A stretch of DNA of 59,227 nucleotides, filler included. It is 7 parts of 7 records of this genome, joined end to end, with 100 filler letters (N's around TTAATTAATTAA, not from the genome) between each part and the next. Parts side by side here need not be neighbours in the genome. Positions count along the whole stretch, not along the records: positions 41,284 to 52,276 come from DRR723986_94428; positions 52,377 to 59,227 come from DRR723986_94487; 5 more parts are not named here. One strand, given 5' to 3'. Position numbers and translations under genes: made by a program. Positions within the stretch are counted from its first letter, which is position 1, and every line of letters begins with the position of its first letter. The notes under the pieces were generated by a model. It had not been told where the DNA came from. It ran no database searches and saw only the letters and a list, made by a program, of their open reading frames with translations. This document shows positions 42,737-53,806 of the stretch, piece after piece.

Positions 42737-43147
42737 TTATTTTTTAAGTAAATCTCTGATTTCAGTTAATAAAACTTCTTCTTTTGTTGGCTCTGGTGGT
42801 GCAGCTGGAGCTTCTTCTTCTTTCTTTCTCACCTTGTTGTATCCTTTAACAATCATAAACAATACAAAACCAACGATAATTAAATTGATGATAGTATCTA
42901 TCCAAGCACCATACATAATTGCATTTTCAGGAACTGTAACCACGCCCTCTGCATCAGTAATAGCTTCACTTAGTACAACTTTGAGGTCCGCAAAATTTAC
43001 GCCTCCGGCAAAATGCCCGATAATTGGCATCATGATCATGGAAACAAATCCTTTCACAACTAGACCTACAGCACCAGCTAGGATAACGGCAATCGCTAAA
43101 TCAATAACGTTACCGGTCATTATAAACTTCTTAAATTCTTTTAACAT
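42737..43147 (-). CDS. mscL: Large-conductance mechanosensitive channel
   Basis: MLKEFKKF, GNVIDLAIAV and LLTEIRDLLK. TACATTTG promoter at 43173-43180 supports the start at 43147. Confidence 0.95.
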   Translation of the reverse strand: MLKEFKKFIMTGNVIDLAIAVILAGAVGLVVKGFVSMIMMPIIGHFAGGVNFADLKVVLSEAITDAEGVVTVPENAIMYGAWIDTIINLIIVGFVLFMIVKGYNKVRKKEEEAPAAPPEPTKEEVLLTEIRDLLKK

Positions 43148-43266
43148 AACTTTATTTTTAGTTTTTCGAATGCAAATGTACATCAAGCTTTTAAAACTCC
43201 TAAAAATAAATCTGTCAAATAGAACTATCTATCGACCAGTGGAATAAAAATAAGGGATGGATTGAA

Positions 43267-43956
43267 TTAAAGTAAATTCAATTTCTTCATTAAGGTTTCT
43301 TTGTAAGAACGGCTGACCGGAATGGTGTGATCACCAATAATCACCATGTTTTCATCTATTCTATCTATTTTATCAATGGATACGATAAATGACCTGTGAA
43401 TTCGAAGAAATTTTTTCTCTGGGAGCCTTTCTGTGATAGCCTTCATTGTAGAGAGTACCGTAAAGCGCTCTTTTTCACTGTTGATTTGAACATAATCTGC
43501 TAGCGCTTCTATGTAATTGATCTCGTTAAATCTGACACGTGAAAATCCTTTGTTCTTTTTTATAAATATGTGATCATTCTCTTCAGAACCCATTTTAATT
43601 GAAGAAGAGATTTCTTCAACTTTTTGGATAGCAGATTCAAAGCGTGCAAACTCTATGGGCTTTACCAAATAATCAGAAACATCATAATTGTAAGATTCTG
43701 CGGCATATTCCGTTTTTGAACTCACCACAACAATTTGAGGAATATTTTTTACCGCCGAAATAAATTCTAATCCACTCATTTCTGGCATTTCCATGTCCAA
43801 AAAAAGTAAATCGCAATTCAATTTTGGTAATTCCTCGAGTGCGACAAGTGGATTGTCAAAGTCAGCTACAAATTCAGTTTTATCTGACTTCTCAATAAAG
43901 TTCTGGAGTATTTTTCTTGAAATTGGGTCATCATCTAAAATTGCAGCTTTAATCAT
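43267..43956 (-). CDS. LytTR family response regulator
   Basis: LFLDMEMP, DYLVKP, FLRIHRSFIV and IPVSRSY motifs. Confidence 0.93.
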   Translation of the reverse strand: MIKAAILDDDPISRKILQNFIEKSDKTEFVADFDNPLVALEELPKLNCDLLFLDMEMPEMSGLEFISAVKNIPQIVVVSSKTEYAAESYNYDVSDYLVKPIEFARFESAIQKVEEISSSIKMGSEENDHIFIKKNKGFSRVRFNEINYIEALADYVQINSEKERFTVLSTMKAITERLPEKKFLRIHRSFIVSIDKIDRIDENMVIIGDHTIPVSRSYKETLMKKLNLL

Positions 43957-44071
43957 ACTAGTTGGCTTTATTCAAATATAATATAATCTTTCTTAATCTT
44001 CAGTAACCGTGATGGAACATTATTTTATAATAATCTATCTTCAACTAATACTATATTTACTTTTGTAAGAG

Positions 44072-44707
44072 ATGAATCACAGCAATTTGAATTTAGAGAA
44101 TATAGAGGCCATCATTTTTGATTTAGGTGGGGTCATTTTAAACTTAGACTACAATTTAACAATCAACCGGTTTAAAGAATTGGGTGGAGAGAGATTTGAT
44201 GAATTGTATACACAGGCGAATCAAGATCACATTTTTGATCAATATGAGACGGGCGCTTTAAGCTCTATAGATTTCATCCTTTACCTGAAAAAGTTTTTAC
44301 CAGATTCCGTAACAAATCAAGAAATAATTGACGCATGGAACGAAATGTTACTTGATTTACCAGTAGAGAGACTGCGTTTACTCGAAAACTTAAGGAATAA
44401 ATTTAAGCTTTACTTGTTTTCTAATACCAATGAGATTCATTTCGAATCATTTTCCAAGAGTTTTGAGGAAAAATATGCGAAGAAAGCCTTACTAGATGAT
44501 TTTTTTATTCAAACTTATTTTTCTCATAAAGTAGGATTAAGAAAACCAAATATTGAAGCGTTTAGTAGGGTGATGGAAGATCATAAGTTGACTGCCTCAA
44601 AAGTGTTGTTCATTGATGATTCAATTCAACACATTAAAGGAGCTGAAGAGTTAGGTATTCAGACTTTTCACTTAATTGATAGATGCGTTACAGAACTATT
44701 TAAATAA
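44072..44707 (+). CDS. HAD family phosphatase (YihX-like)
   Basis: FDLGGV, FSNTN, RKP and FIDDS motifs. Confidence 0.92.
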   Translation: MNHSNLNLENIEAIIFDLGGVILNLDYNLTINRFKELGGERFDELYTQANQDHIFDQYETGALSSIDFILYLKKFLPDSVTNQEIIDAWNEMLLDLPVERLRLLENLRNKFKLYLFSNTNEIHFESFSKSFEEKYAKKALLDDFFIQTYFSHKVGLRKPNIEAFSRVMEDHKLTASKVLFIDDSIQHIKGAEELGIQTFHLIDRCVTELFK

Positions 44708-47700
44708 AGTGTCAAAACAAATAAAACAACATAGCGAAATCAGCAATGAACTAAACTTGTTAAAGGAGCGGCTCTATAATATTTCCGCTCAAAACCTTTT
44801 TTTAAATGTTTCTCCGAACAAACTTTATTTGACAGAGCAGCCAGATGAGAATCGTATTAAAAAGTTATACACCCACTCCTTGTTTTTACAAAAGGAGTAT
44901 GGACTCTCGACTACGCTAAAAATTAGTTCTTTTTTAAAATGGAAAGCACCGTCTAAAGACAAATTTTATCTATCACCTTTAATCTTGGAATCTTGTGAGA
45001 TACAAAAGTTAAGAAAAATTGAAACCGAATATAGAATTGTAGTAGAGGATGATTCTGAGAGTTTTATTAATCCCATCTTAGTGCATGCTTTGAATCAGTT
45101 CTTTGACGTCAATTTAAAAGAAGTTGATCCTTCATCCGTAATTGATCTGATAAAATTGCAATTAGAAAATGAAGCTACTAAAATTGACTTGGTGGATGTT
45201 TTGGATGATAGTGAAAAGTGGCAATTGATAAATGTTGAGGCGATCGGCAATTTTAATTATAAAAAAAGCCTTCTTGGAAAAGACTATGAAGAGATTACTA
45301 AAAGTAAATCAGCAGCTTTAGAAGAATTATTTGGGGTTAAACCACTAACTAATAGTGAATTTTCGGAAAGTGTAAAACCAGTTTTACCCGTTGACGAAAC
45401 TCAGCTTAAAACTATTATCCACGCTAAAAAATCTAGTGTGGCAATTCAAGGACCTCCGGGAACTGGCAAGTCTCATACTATCGTCAATTTAATTTCAGAT
45501 TATATAGCTGAAGGAAAAAAAGTGTTATTCGTTTCTCAAAAAAAATCAGCTTTAGATGTAGTTTATAATCGTCTCAAGCAACTAAAAATTGAACATTTAG
45601 CTTCTTTTTTCAATGGTGCACAAAACGAAAAGAAGCGATTTTATGAATTGCAAAAAAAATCCTGGGAGCAATTCTCTGAGCGATATGCTTTCAGTGAAAC
45701 TAAAACAGAATTCTTTGATGAAAGTGTTTTAGATTATTTCACTGGTGATTTTATGCTTAAGGCAGAAGAATTAGTTAAGACTTTGGCATTGAGTTCAGAA
45801 ACCAAAGAAAATATTAAGTTTGAAGGTAAAGCTCCCACCTATGAGGAATGGTCGGCTGCTTATGAAATGTTGTTTGAGTTTGAAAACCTATTACTATCAC
45901 ATTTTCAGATACCTTATATTTCCAAGGCACCATTTATTAATCTCAACAGAACGGTATTCAAAGAGAATGAAGCAATATTGAAACTAGAAAGTAGAATCTT
46001 TAAGTGTCAGAAAGTATTGAATGATATCGCAATAGTTCAAAATAAGTTTGCGCTAAAAAAGAATATTAAAGCGATCACTGAGATGGCTCTTGCTGCCAGC
46101 ATATTGAAGATGGTTGATCTGAGTCAGTTGAATCTGCTCAATAAAGAATCTAAGGAATATAAGAGCTTTAGTAATTGGGCAAAAAAATATGATCTCATAC
46201 AATCCAAGGTTCGGCATGCAGAGAAAGCAAATGCAAAATGGAAACTTAAACCGAGTAAATCTGAGATTACTGAGTTAATAGATTTGCTCAAACATAATCA
46301 CGCTCCTCGAGGGATTTTTGGAATAATCAAGCGAAGAAATGATCGATTAGTCAATGCATTTGAAGGGTTTGATGCCAATATTTCCAATACCGCTAAACTG
46401 CAATTGCTTGAACAATTAAGATCTGAGTGGAATTTAAAGGCAGAGCTTGATGAAGTAGCCATTAAATTGAAGCACAATTTTGGTGTCGATAATCCAGATA
46501 CTCAGCTAAGAGAGATACTTATGTTAAGGTCGAAATTGGATCAAATTTCAACTTCTTCCTATTTACAGATTTTGGAACATGAGCAATCAACGGATTTGAT
46601 TACAGAACTCAATGAATTGCATCCTTTGATTCAAAACTATAATCACCTTGCAAAATTCACTTTTTTAAATACTGAGGATTTAGAATTGAATGAAGAAGTT
46701 ACCCGAATTAAAGAGTTGATCGAAATCCTTCCAAAGTTAAAAGAAATTGGGCCCGAATTGGAGATGTATTTTAATTTATCACCTGCAATTTTAGAATATA
46801 TTCGATTAAATAAAAAGCCATTGAGTTATCTGAATACTGCATGTATCTATGCGAATTTACTAGAAGAAGTGAAGATACATTTTGCCTACAACCAATTATC
46901 CGGTTTAAGGTTGAAAAAAGCGATTGAAAATGCTTTGAAAAATGCAGTAAATAATCGGAGAAATAACGCAGTAAAAATCAGGAAGTACTATCAGAATGAG
47001 TGGTTAAAGTTGGAGGATTTGCTGAATACGCCTGCCTCAAAATTATCTCAGGAAAACAAAGATTTAAAAAAGGCCTATAAAAGGCAAAAAAGAAGCTTAG
47101 TTCATGAGCTCGGAAAGAAACAAAGATTCAAATCAGTAAAGGATTTTACGGATGAAACATGGGACTATATTTCACGATTTATTCCGGTGTGGATAATGAA
47201 TCCTTTAGCCGTTTCAGAGCGATTAAGTAACGTCAAAGAGATGTTTGACTTAGTGATCTTTGACGAATCGAGTCAAATTCCACTTGAAGACGCAATTCCT
47301 GCAATTTTCAGAGCAAAAAAAATTGTTGTTGTAGGAGATGAAAAACAAATGCCGCCAACTAATTTTTTCACACAGTCGACCTCTTCAGAGACACTGTTAG
47401 ATAAAGCTAATCTAACCTTGAGTAAAGAAATGCTTAAATGGCATTATAGAAGTGAGCACCCGAAATTAATACAGTTCTCTAATAGTTATTTTTATGATGA
47501 TGAGTTATTGACAATTCCTCCTTCTGATATCCGAAACCCTGTAGAATTCAATCTTGTTAATGGCGTTTTTGAAGAAGGAAAGAATAGTGAAGAAGCAAAA
47601 CAAATAGCCAAATACTTGACTTCTCAAGCTAAGAACAATGAATCGGCATATGCAGTAGTAGCTTTTTCTAAAGAGCAAGAGAATGAAATCAGAAAGCAGT

Positions 47701-48275
47701 TGAGGACTACCAATCTGAATGTTGATGACCTGTTTATTTCGAATCTTGAGAATGTTCAAGGGATTGAAAGAGATAATGTCGTCATTTCAATCGGCTATGG
47801 CAGAAATAAAGAAGGCGTTTTTCGTTTGAATTTTGGGCCAATCAATAAAGAAGGAGGATTGAATCGGTTAAACGTTCTTTTTAGCAGAGCAAAACAAAGA
47901 ATGATCGTGTTCTCCTCAGTGCGTTCAGAAGATTTCGGGATGTCAGACAACAATGGGGTAGTGTGTTTAAGAGACTTCTTAAAGTTTTGTGAGTCCACTC
48001 AAAATAGTAGTTCAATGCCTGATTCTTCAGAAATAATTGATTTGGATAAATATGATTTGACCTATTATAATCAAGTCCAAGGTTTTGAATGTTTTATTCA
48101 GCATCAAACTAAAAAAGTGCTGTTATTTAACCCCAAAGCAAAAAAGGGCGATTTAATGACATTTTATCAGCTATTGAAAGAACGCTTTTCAAAAGTAGAA
48201 TTGTTGATATATAATGATTTATGGGTTAATCCTGATTCGTTTAGAAGCAAAATAGATCGATTTTTTAAAGAATAA
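44676..48275 (+). CDS. DUF4011-type DNA2/NAM7 (SF1) helicase
   Basis: N-terminal FLKW..SPLIL..INPIL and GNFNYKK; QGPPGTGKS, FDESSQ, VGDEKQMPP, WHYRS, ENVQGIERD and RLNVLFSRA. Start uncertain (TTG overlapping the HAD gene). Confidence 0.88.
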   Translation: MIDALQNYLNKVSKQIKQHSEISNELNLLKERLYNISAQNLFLNVSPNKLYLTEQPDENRIKKLYTHSLFLQKEYGLSTTLKISSFLKWKAPSKDKFYLSPLILESCEIQKLRKIETEYRIVVEDDSESFINPILVHALNQFFDVNLKEVDPSSVIDLIKLQLENEATKIDLVDVLDDSEKWQLINVEAIGNFNYKKSLLGKDYEEITKSKSAALEELFGVKPLTNSEFSESVKPVLPVDETQLKTIIHAKKSSVAIQGPPGTGKSHTIVNLISDYIAEGKKVLFVSQKKSALDVVYNRLKQLKIEHLASFFNGAQNEKKRFYELQKKSWEQFSERYAFSETKTEFFDESVLDYFTGDFMLKAEELVKTLALSSETKENIKFEGKAPTYEEWSAAYEMLFEFENLLLSHFQIPYISKAPFINLNRTVFKENEAILKLESRIFKCQKVLNDIAIVQNKFALKKNIKAITEMALAASILKMVDLSQLNLLNKESKEYKSFSNWAKKYDLIQSKVRHAEKANAKWKLKPSKSEITELIDLLKHNHAPRGIFGIIKRRNDRLVNAFEGFDANISNTAKLQLLEQLRSEWNLKAELDEVAIKLKHNFGVDNPDTQLREILMLRSKLDQISTSSYLQILEHEQSTDLITELNELHPLIQNYNHLAKFTFLNTEDLELNEEVTRIKELIEILPKLKEIGPELEMYFNLSPAILEYIRLNKKPLSYLNTACIYANLLEEVKIHFAYNQLSGLRLKKAIENALKNAVNNRRNNAVKIRKYYQNEWLKLEDLLNTPASKLSQENKDLKKAYKRQKRSLVHELGKKQRFKSVKDFTDETWDYISRFIPVWIMNPLAVSERLSNVKEMFDLVIFDESSQIPLEDAIPAIFRAKKIVVVGDEKQMPPTNFFTQSTSSETLLDKANLTLSKEMLKWHYRSEHPKLIQFSNSYFYDDELLTIPPSDIRNPVEFNLVNGVFEEGKNSEEAKQIAKYLTSQAKNNESAYAVVAFSKEQENEIRKQLRTTNLNVDDLFISNLENVQGIERDNVVISIGYGRNKEGVFRLNFGPINKEGGLNRLNVLFSRAKQRMIVFSSVRSEDFGMSDNNGVVCLRDFLKFCESTQNSSSMPDSSEIIDLDKYDLTYYNQVQGFECFIQHQTKKVLLFNPKAKKGDLMTFYQLLKERFSKVELLIYNDLWVNPDSFRSKIDRFFKE

Positions 48276-48305
48276 AAAAAGGCCTTCCAGTAAACTGAAA
48301 GGCCT
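48274..48305 (-). terminator. Terminator between the convergent helicase and metF
   Basis: A-run plus AGGCCTT-CCAG ... CTGA-AAGGCCT stem. Confidence 0.65.
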
Positions 48306-48382
48306 AACCCAAAATCCATGAATATCCCGATTGCTCGGGTCGTCTAATTCAATTACTATACTGTAATAATCGTGCCAAACTT

Positions 48383-49336
48383 TTAAAAAACAGCTTTTGC
48401 TATGGCTTTAACGTTGTCAGATTTACTCATTGTGTAGAAGTGTATGCATGGTACACCTGCTTCTTTCAGTTCTTTAGATTGCTGAATACCCCACTCAATT
48501 CCTAGCTGATTTACAGCAGCATTATCTTTGCATTTTATTAATTCTGATGCAAGCTCTTCAGGAAAGTCAATATGAAAAAACTTAGGTAAAAATGAAATGT
48601 GATTGAGCGTTTTGATTGGTTTTAAACCCGGAATAATAGGGCAGTTAATTCCTGCTGCCCTGCATTTATCAACAAAGTCAAAGTATTTCTTATTATCAAA
48701 AAACATTTGTGTTACGATATAGTCCGCACCTGCATCTACTTTTTCTTTTAAATGCAGTAAATCAGTTGGAAGATTCATTGCCTCAAAATGCTTTTCAGGA
48801 TATCCTGCTACGCCGATACAAAAATCTGTCGGATCCATTGAAACTTCATCCAATTGGTAATTCCCGTTGTTCATGTCGTTAACCTGATCAACCAGTTGTT
48901 TGGCATATTGATGTCCATCAGGGTGGGCCCTGAAATTTGACTCTGTTTTAATAGGATCACCTCTTAAAACCAAAACATTATCTATTCCTAAAAACGTTAA
49001 GTCAATTAATGCGTTTTCGGTTTCGTCTTTACTAAACCCACCACAAATTAAATGAGGTACAGTATCAACGTTATATTTATTTATGATAGCGGCACAAATT
49101 CCAACAGTACCAGGACGTTTTCTAATGGATACTTTTTCCAATAATCCATTCGGATGTGTTTTATAAACGTACTCCTCACGGTGGTAGGTCACATTGATGA
49201 ATTTTGGGTCAAATTCCATTAATGGATCGATTCCATCATAGATAGATTGAATGTTTTTACCTTTTAGTGGTGGCAATATTTCAAACGAAAAAAGAGTTTT
49301 TCCTCCCGCATTCTGAATGTGGTCAATAACTTTCAT
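48383..49336 (-). CDS. metF: 5,10-methylenetetrahydrofolate reductase
   Basis: FSFEILPP, LRGDP, VAGYPEKH, TQMFFD and HFYTM motifs. Confidence 0.95.
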   Translation of the reverse strand: MKVIDHIQNAGGKTLFSFEILPPLKGKNIQSIYDGIDPLMEFDPKFINVTYHREEYVYKTHPNGLLEKVSIRKRPGTVGICAAIINKYNVDTVPHLICGGFSKDETENALIDLTFLGIDNVLVLRGDPIKTESNFRAHPDGHQYAKQLVDQVNDMNNGNYQLDEVSMDPTDFCIGVAGYPEKHFEAMNLPTDLLHLKEKVDAGADYIVTQMFFDNKKYFDFVDKCRAAGINCPIIPGLKPIKTLNHISFLPKFFHIDFPEELASELIKCKDNAAVNQLGIEWGIQQSKELKEAGVPCIHFYTMSKSDNVKAIAKAVF

Positions 49337-49354
49337 GAAGAATTTTTAATGGCA

Positions 49355-49404
49355 CAAAGATAATTTTTTTGCGATAGTATCTGGTCTAAAAAGTACTATC
49401 TTTG
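49355..49404. promoter_or_regulatory. Divergent promoters for metF and lepA
   Basis: TATCTTTG on the minus strand (49355-49362) and on the plus strand (49397-49404). Confidence 0.7.
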
Positions 49405-49409
49405 CGGCT

Positions 49410-51200
49410 ATGGAAAACATTAGAAATTTCTGTATAATAGCCCATATTGATCACGGGAAATCAACTTTGGCTGATAGATTGTTGAGAGCAACGAATACAA
49501 TCTCTGAGAGGGATATGAAAGATCAAGCCCTTGATGATATGGACCTTGAGAGAGAAAGAGGAATTACAATTAAGTCTCATGCGATACAAATGGATTATGA
49601 GCAGGATGGAGTGAAGTATGTGTTGAATTTAATTGACACACCAGGTCACGTAGATTTTTCTTATGAGGTGTCAAGATCAATAGCTGCTTGTGAAGGAGCC
49701 TTGCTTATTGTTGATGCAGCTCAAGGTATTGAAGCACAAACAATTTCGAATCTATATTTGGCTTTAGAGAATGACCTAGAAATCATTCCGGTTTTAAATA
49801 AGATGGATTTACCTGGTGCTGAACCTGAGGCGGTCACTGATCAAATAGTTGATTTGATAGGTTGCGACCCTTCTGATGTTATTCCCGCAAGTGGAAAAAC
49901 TGGTTTAGGTGTAGACAAAATTTTAGAAGCAGTAGTGGAGAGAATTCCTGCACCTAAAGGAAACGTAGATGAGCCTTTACAGGCAATGATTTTCGATTCT
50001 GTTTTTAATTCCTTTAGAGGAATAATTGCCTATTTCAGAGTAATAAATGGACAGATAAAGAAAGGGGATCGGGTAAAGTTCGTTGCCACTGAAAAAGAAT
50101 ATAATGCTGATGAGATTGGGATTTTGAGAATGGATATGGAGCCTAGAAGTTCAGTTTCTGCTGGAGATGTCGGGTATATTATTTCTGGAATTAAACAGGC
50201 GAACGAGGTGAAAGTTGGTGATACGATAACTACTGTCGCAAATCCATGTAAGGATATCGTTCAGGGATTTGAAGATGTTAAACCTATGGTGTTTGCAGGT
50301 ATTTATCCGGTAGATACTGACGAGTATGAAGAATTGAGATATTCAATGGAGAAGCTTAAATTGAATGATGCATCTCTAACTTTTGAACCTGAGTCTTCAG
50401 CGGCTTTAGGATTTGGATTTAGATGTGGATTTTTAGGTATGCTTCATATGGAAATTATCCAAGAACGATTGGAGAGAGAGTTCGATATGACTGTGATAAC
50501 AACCGTTCCTAACGTATCTTATATTGCACATTTCAGAAGAGGTGGTGATCCGCTAATCGTGAATAATCCATCAGAATTGCCAGACCCATCAATCTTAGAA
50601 TATGTTGAAGAGCCTTACATAAAGGCACAGGTTATCACAAAGGCCGAATATGTTGGGTCTATAATGACTCTTTGTATTGAAAAAAGAGGTGAACTGACAA
50701 ATCAAGTTTATTTAACACAGGATAGAGTTGAGCTCACATTTGAAATGCCAATGGGTGAGATTGTTTTTGATTTTTATGATAAATTGAAAACAGTTTCTAA
50801 AGGGTATGCATCATTCGATTATTTCCCAGTGGGCTACAGAAAATCTGATCTCATCAAGTTGGATATCTTGTTGAATTCAGATCAAGTAGATGCCTTATCT
50901 GCATTAGTTCATAGATCAAATGCATTTGATTTAGGGAAGAAAATTTGCTTAAAACTAAAAGAACTAATTCCGCGTCAACAATTTGAGATACCTATTCAAG
51001 CTGCTATTGGTGCAAAAATAGTTGCGCGTGAAACAATTAAAGCGTTAAGAAAAGATGTTACCGCCAAATGTTATGGTGGGGATATTACTCGAAAACGAAA
51101 ATTATTAGAAAAACAGAAGAAAGGAAAAAAGAGAATGAGACAAGTCGGATCTGTTGAAGTTCCGCAAGAAGCTTTTTTAGCAGTTTTGAAACTAGATTAA
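49410..51200 (+). CDS. lepA: Translation elongation factor 4
   Basis: [26 protein letters not shown] and [10 protein letters not shown] motifs. Confidence 0.98.
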   Translation: MENIRNFCIIAHIDHGKSTLADRLLRATNTISERDMKDQALDDMDLERERGITIKSHAIQMDYEQDGVKYVLNLIDTPGHVDFSYEVSRSIAACEGALLIVDAAQGIEAQTISNLYLALENDLEIIPVLNKMDLPGAEPEAVTDQIVDLIGCDPSDVIPASGKTGLGVDKILEAVVERIPAPKGNVDEPLQAMIFDSVFNSFRGIIAYFRVINGQIKKGDRVKFVATEKEYNADEIGILRMDMEPRSSVSAGDVGYIISGIKQANEVKVGDTITTVANPCKDIVQGFEDVKPMVFAGIYPVDTDEYEELRYSMEKLKLNDASLTFEPESSAALGFGFRCGFLGMLHMEIIQERLEREFDMTVITTVPNVSYIAHFRRGGDPLIVNNPSELPDPSILEYVEEPYIKAQVITKAEYVGSIMTLCIEKRGELTNQVYLTQDRVELTFEMPMGEIVFDFYDKLKTVSKGYASFDYFPVGYRKSDLIKLDILLNSDQVDALSALVHRSNAFDLGKKICLKLKELIPRQQFEIPIQAAIGAKIVARETIKALRKDVTAKCYGGDITRKRKLLEKQKKGKKRMRQVGSVEVPQEAFLAVLKLD

Positions 51201-51343
51201 CTAATTTCTTAATTTGAATTCGTAGTGGTTCAGGTCTTTTTATAAGTTGATTGTGGCTTACAGAGCAACTTGACTTTCTTTTTTACGTCATTTTTATGTA
51301 TCTTAGTCGACTCTGCAAAAATGAGGTCTAAGAATCTCAATAA

Positions 51344-52276
51344 ATGAAAAGAATTACGAACTGTCCAAATGGGTCTTTATTGACCTTGTTATTCCTGTTA
51401 TTTATAGGGGCAAATGTCTCTGCGCAGGTTACAGTAGAATTTCAGATTCTTTCCGTAACTTCAGATGTCGGCGATATGGATGCTGTAGGTAACAGTGATC
51501 CTCGCTGGGACTTTCAAATTGCAGATGTTCCAAACACAGCTACTCAATCTTCATTTCATTCATTGAGCAATGTAAATTGTCCTGGAACCAATGTGATTAA
51601 TAATACATTTTTTTCAACTGTCTACAATTGTGATGCCCCAACTTCTTTTGATTTTACATGGTCAGGATATGAAGTTGATGGTGCTGGTCCGCATGGAGCT
51701 GATACCGGTCCTCAAGTCGTAAATATCCCAATAGGGTCTTTAACGTTTCCTCAGGCTGCTTTCACAACGATTGGAACTTATAATGCTACAGCTCCTGGTT
51801 TGGTTGGGTGTCCAGCTGTTGCAGGAAATGTAACGTGGACTATAGTGTTGCAGTACAGAACTGTCGGAACGCTTCCTCCAGATCAAACGAATCCTACTAT
51901 TACTTGTCCTGTAGATCAGAATGTAAGTTTAGATGCAACTTGTCAATATTCATTGCCAGATTATACAGGGATGGCTGTAGTTGCAGATTTGTGTGCTCCT
52001 CTAGTGGTGACTCAGAATATTGCACCAACAACCAATATAGTAGCTACTCAAAATATTGTTTTAACCGTAACAGACCCAACGGGTAATAGTGCGAATTGCA
52101 ATTTCAATGTAATTCCTTCTGATGACACCAATCCAACAATAACATGTGCGGCAGACGTAACCACGAATACTGATGTCGGTTTATGTACAGATAACGTTAC
52201 CGTAACTGTCCCGATTTCAACTGCTGATAATTGTGGTGTTGCGTCTGTCTTAAACGACTACAACGGAACCGCATCA
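51344..52276 (+). CDS. Secreted HYR-domain protein, 5' part only (cut at the contig end)
   Basis: Signal peptide; repeated DxTNPTITC, DPTGNSANCNFNV and ADNCGV motifs. Confidence 0.8.
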
Positions 52277-52376
52277 NNNNNNNNNNNNNNNNNNNNNNNN
52301 NNNNNNNNNNNNNNNNNNNNTTAATTAATTAANNNNNNNNNNNNNNNNNNNNNNNNNNNNNNNNNNNNNNNNNNNN
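52277..52376. other. Artificial contig linker
   Basis: 44 N + TTAATTAATTAA + 44 N. Confidence 0.99.
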
Positions 52377-52377
52377 A

Positions 52378-52812
52378 CACCATAGTGTAAAAGAAATGGG
52401 GTTTGCAGCACACTTGCGTTATCACTGGATGGAAAACATTCTCTATAAGCCTTTAAAAACTTTCGGAGTTATGCTTATAGGTGGTTTTGAGCCTGAACAA
52501 GCATTTATTGTGCATTTTATTACAATTGCTATTGGCCACTTAAATCATGCAAATATTAAAATTAGTTGGGGACCATTAAAATATATTTTCAATAATCCGG
52601 TAATGCACCTTTATCATCATGCCTATCATTTACCAGAGGGTAAACATGGCGTAAATTACGGTATTAGTTTAAGTTTGTGGGATTATATATTTAAAACCAA
52701 CTACGTACCTGAAGACAGTGGCACCATTGAAATAGGATTTAAAGGAGATGATAAGTTTCCACAAGATTTTATTGGTCAAAATACCTATGGGTTTAAAAAA
52801 GGACAACGTTAA
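52378..52812 (+). CDS. Sterol desaturase / fatty acid hydroxylase family, 3' part only
   Basis: HHS, HLNHAN, HLYHH and NYGISLSLWD motifs. Confidence 0.88.
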   Translation, partial: HHSVKEMGFAAHLRYHWMENILYKPLKTFGVMLIGGFEPEQAFIVHFITIAIGHLNHANIKISWGPLKYIFNNPVMHLYHHAYHLPEGKHGVNYGISLSLWDYIFKTNYVPEDSGTIEIGFKGDDKFPQDFIGQNTYGFKKGQR

Positions 52813-52828
52813 AAATTAAGACTTTAAT

Positions 52829-53740
52829 TTAGTCTCTTATTAGCGGCATGGTTGAACAGCGTAATAAGCCTTCTTGCTTTGCAATTTCGGCATAAGGTAC
52901 CTCTTCAACGGTAAAGCCATTTTCTCGTAACCAAGTATTTAATCTGGTGAAGTTTTTCTCCGAGATAATAACCTCTTCCGATATGGAAAAGATATTACTA
53001 TTCATATCATACATTTCTTGTTTGGTAATTTCAAAGATATTGTCCTTTCCGAAAAAATTCACCAACCACTCGTATTCTCGGTCATCTAAAAATCCATTTT
53101 TATGAATAATGGCTTTATCAGTCCCAATAGGTTGAAAACAGCAATCTAAATGCAATGCATTTTCTTTTGGATCTGTATTGGACTTGCGTAACTCAAAAGA
53201 CTTTACAATTTTATGAGGAAACAATTCTTGTATGGCTATGACGGCATCCATATTAGTTCTTGCAGTGATATAATCTGAGTAATCTTCACCAGAATAGGTA
53301 CCAATGAATATATAATCATTCCAAGGCATTACATCACCGCCTTCTACATGACATTCATCGGGCAAAATAATTCTATTAGTTTTATCTACATTTTTCCATA
53401 CGTATTCTGTCGCTTCTACTTCACGTTGACGATCTGGTAAGATATTTGCAATTATAATTTTATCTTCAATTACAAATGAAATATCTCTTGCAAATATTTG
53501 ATTATAATCTTTGATTACTTCTGGCCTATAGACTTTAACATCGTACTTCTCTAAAACTTTTGCGACGGCTTCCATCTCCAAAATCATATCCTCTTCTTTT
53601 GGATAAGTTCCAGCTAACACATGTTGCCTACTTTTTGGGTCGTAACAATCTTCTACTTTTGGAGTTGGTCCATTACTCTCTGCCGTACCTAGAATCACAG
53701 CTCTGAGACGTGCTGTCTCATTTTGTATGTTTAATTTCAT
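52829..53740 (-). CDS. Amidinotransferase / arginine deiminase family protein
   Basis: QIFARD, EGGD, LHLDC and GLLRCSTMP motifs. Confidence 0.88.
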   Translation of the reverse strand: MKLNIQNETARLRAVILGTAESNGPTPKVEDCYDPKSRQHVLAGTYPKEEDMILEMEAVAKVLEKYDVKVYRPEVIKDYNQIFARDISFVIEDKIIIANILPDRQREVEATEYVWKNVDKTNRIILPDECHVEGGDVMPWNDYIFIGTYSGEDYSDYITARTNMDAVIAIQELFPHKIVKSFELRKSNTDPKENALHLDCCFQPIGTDKAIIHKNGFLDDREYEWLVNFFGKDNIFEITKQEMYDMNSNIFSISEEVIISEKNFTRLNTWLRENGFTVEEVPYAEIAKQEGLLRCSTMPLIRD

Positions 53741-53755
53741 ATATGTCGAAAATAC

Positions 53756-53788
53756 AAAAAAGCTCCATAATAATTATGAAGCTTTTTT
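53756..53788 (-). terminator. Terminator after gltA
   Basis: AAAAAAGCTCCATAA / TTATGAAGCTTTTTT stem. Confidence 0.7.
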
Positions 53789-53806
53789 ACTACTAATTCT
53801 GCTAAA

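Noticed and set aside
49337..49409. SAM riboswitch upstream of metF
   Set aside because: The gap is only 73 nt and is occupied by two promoters.
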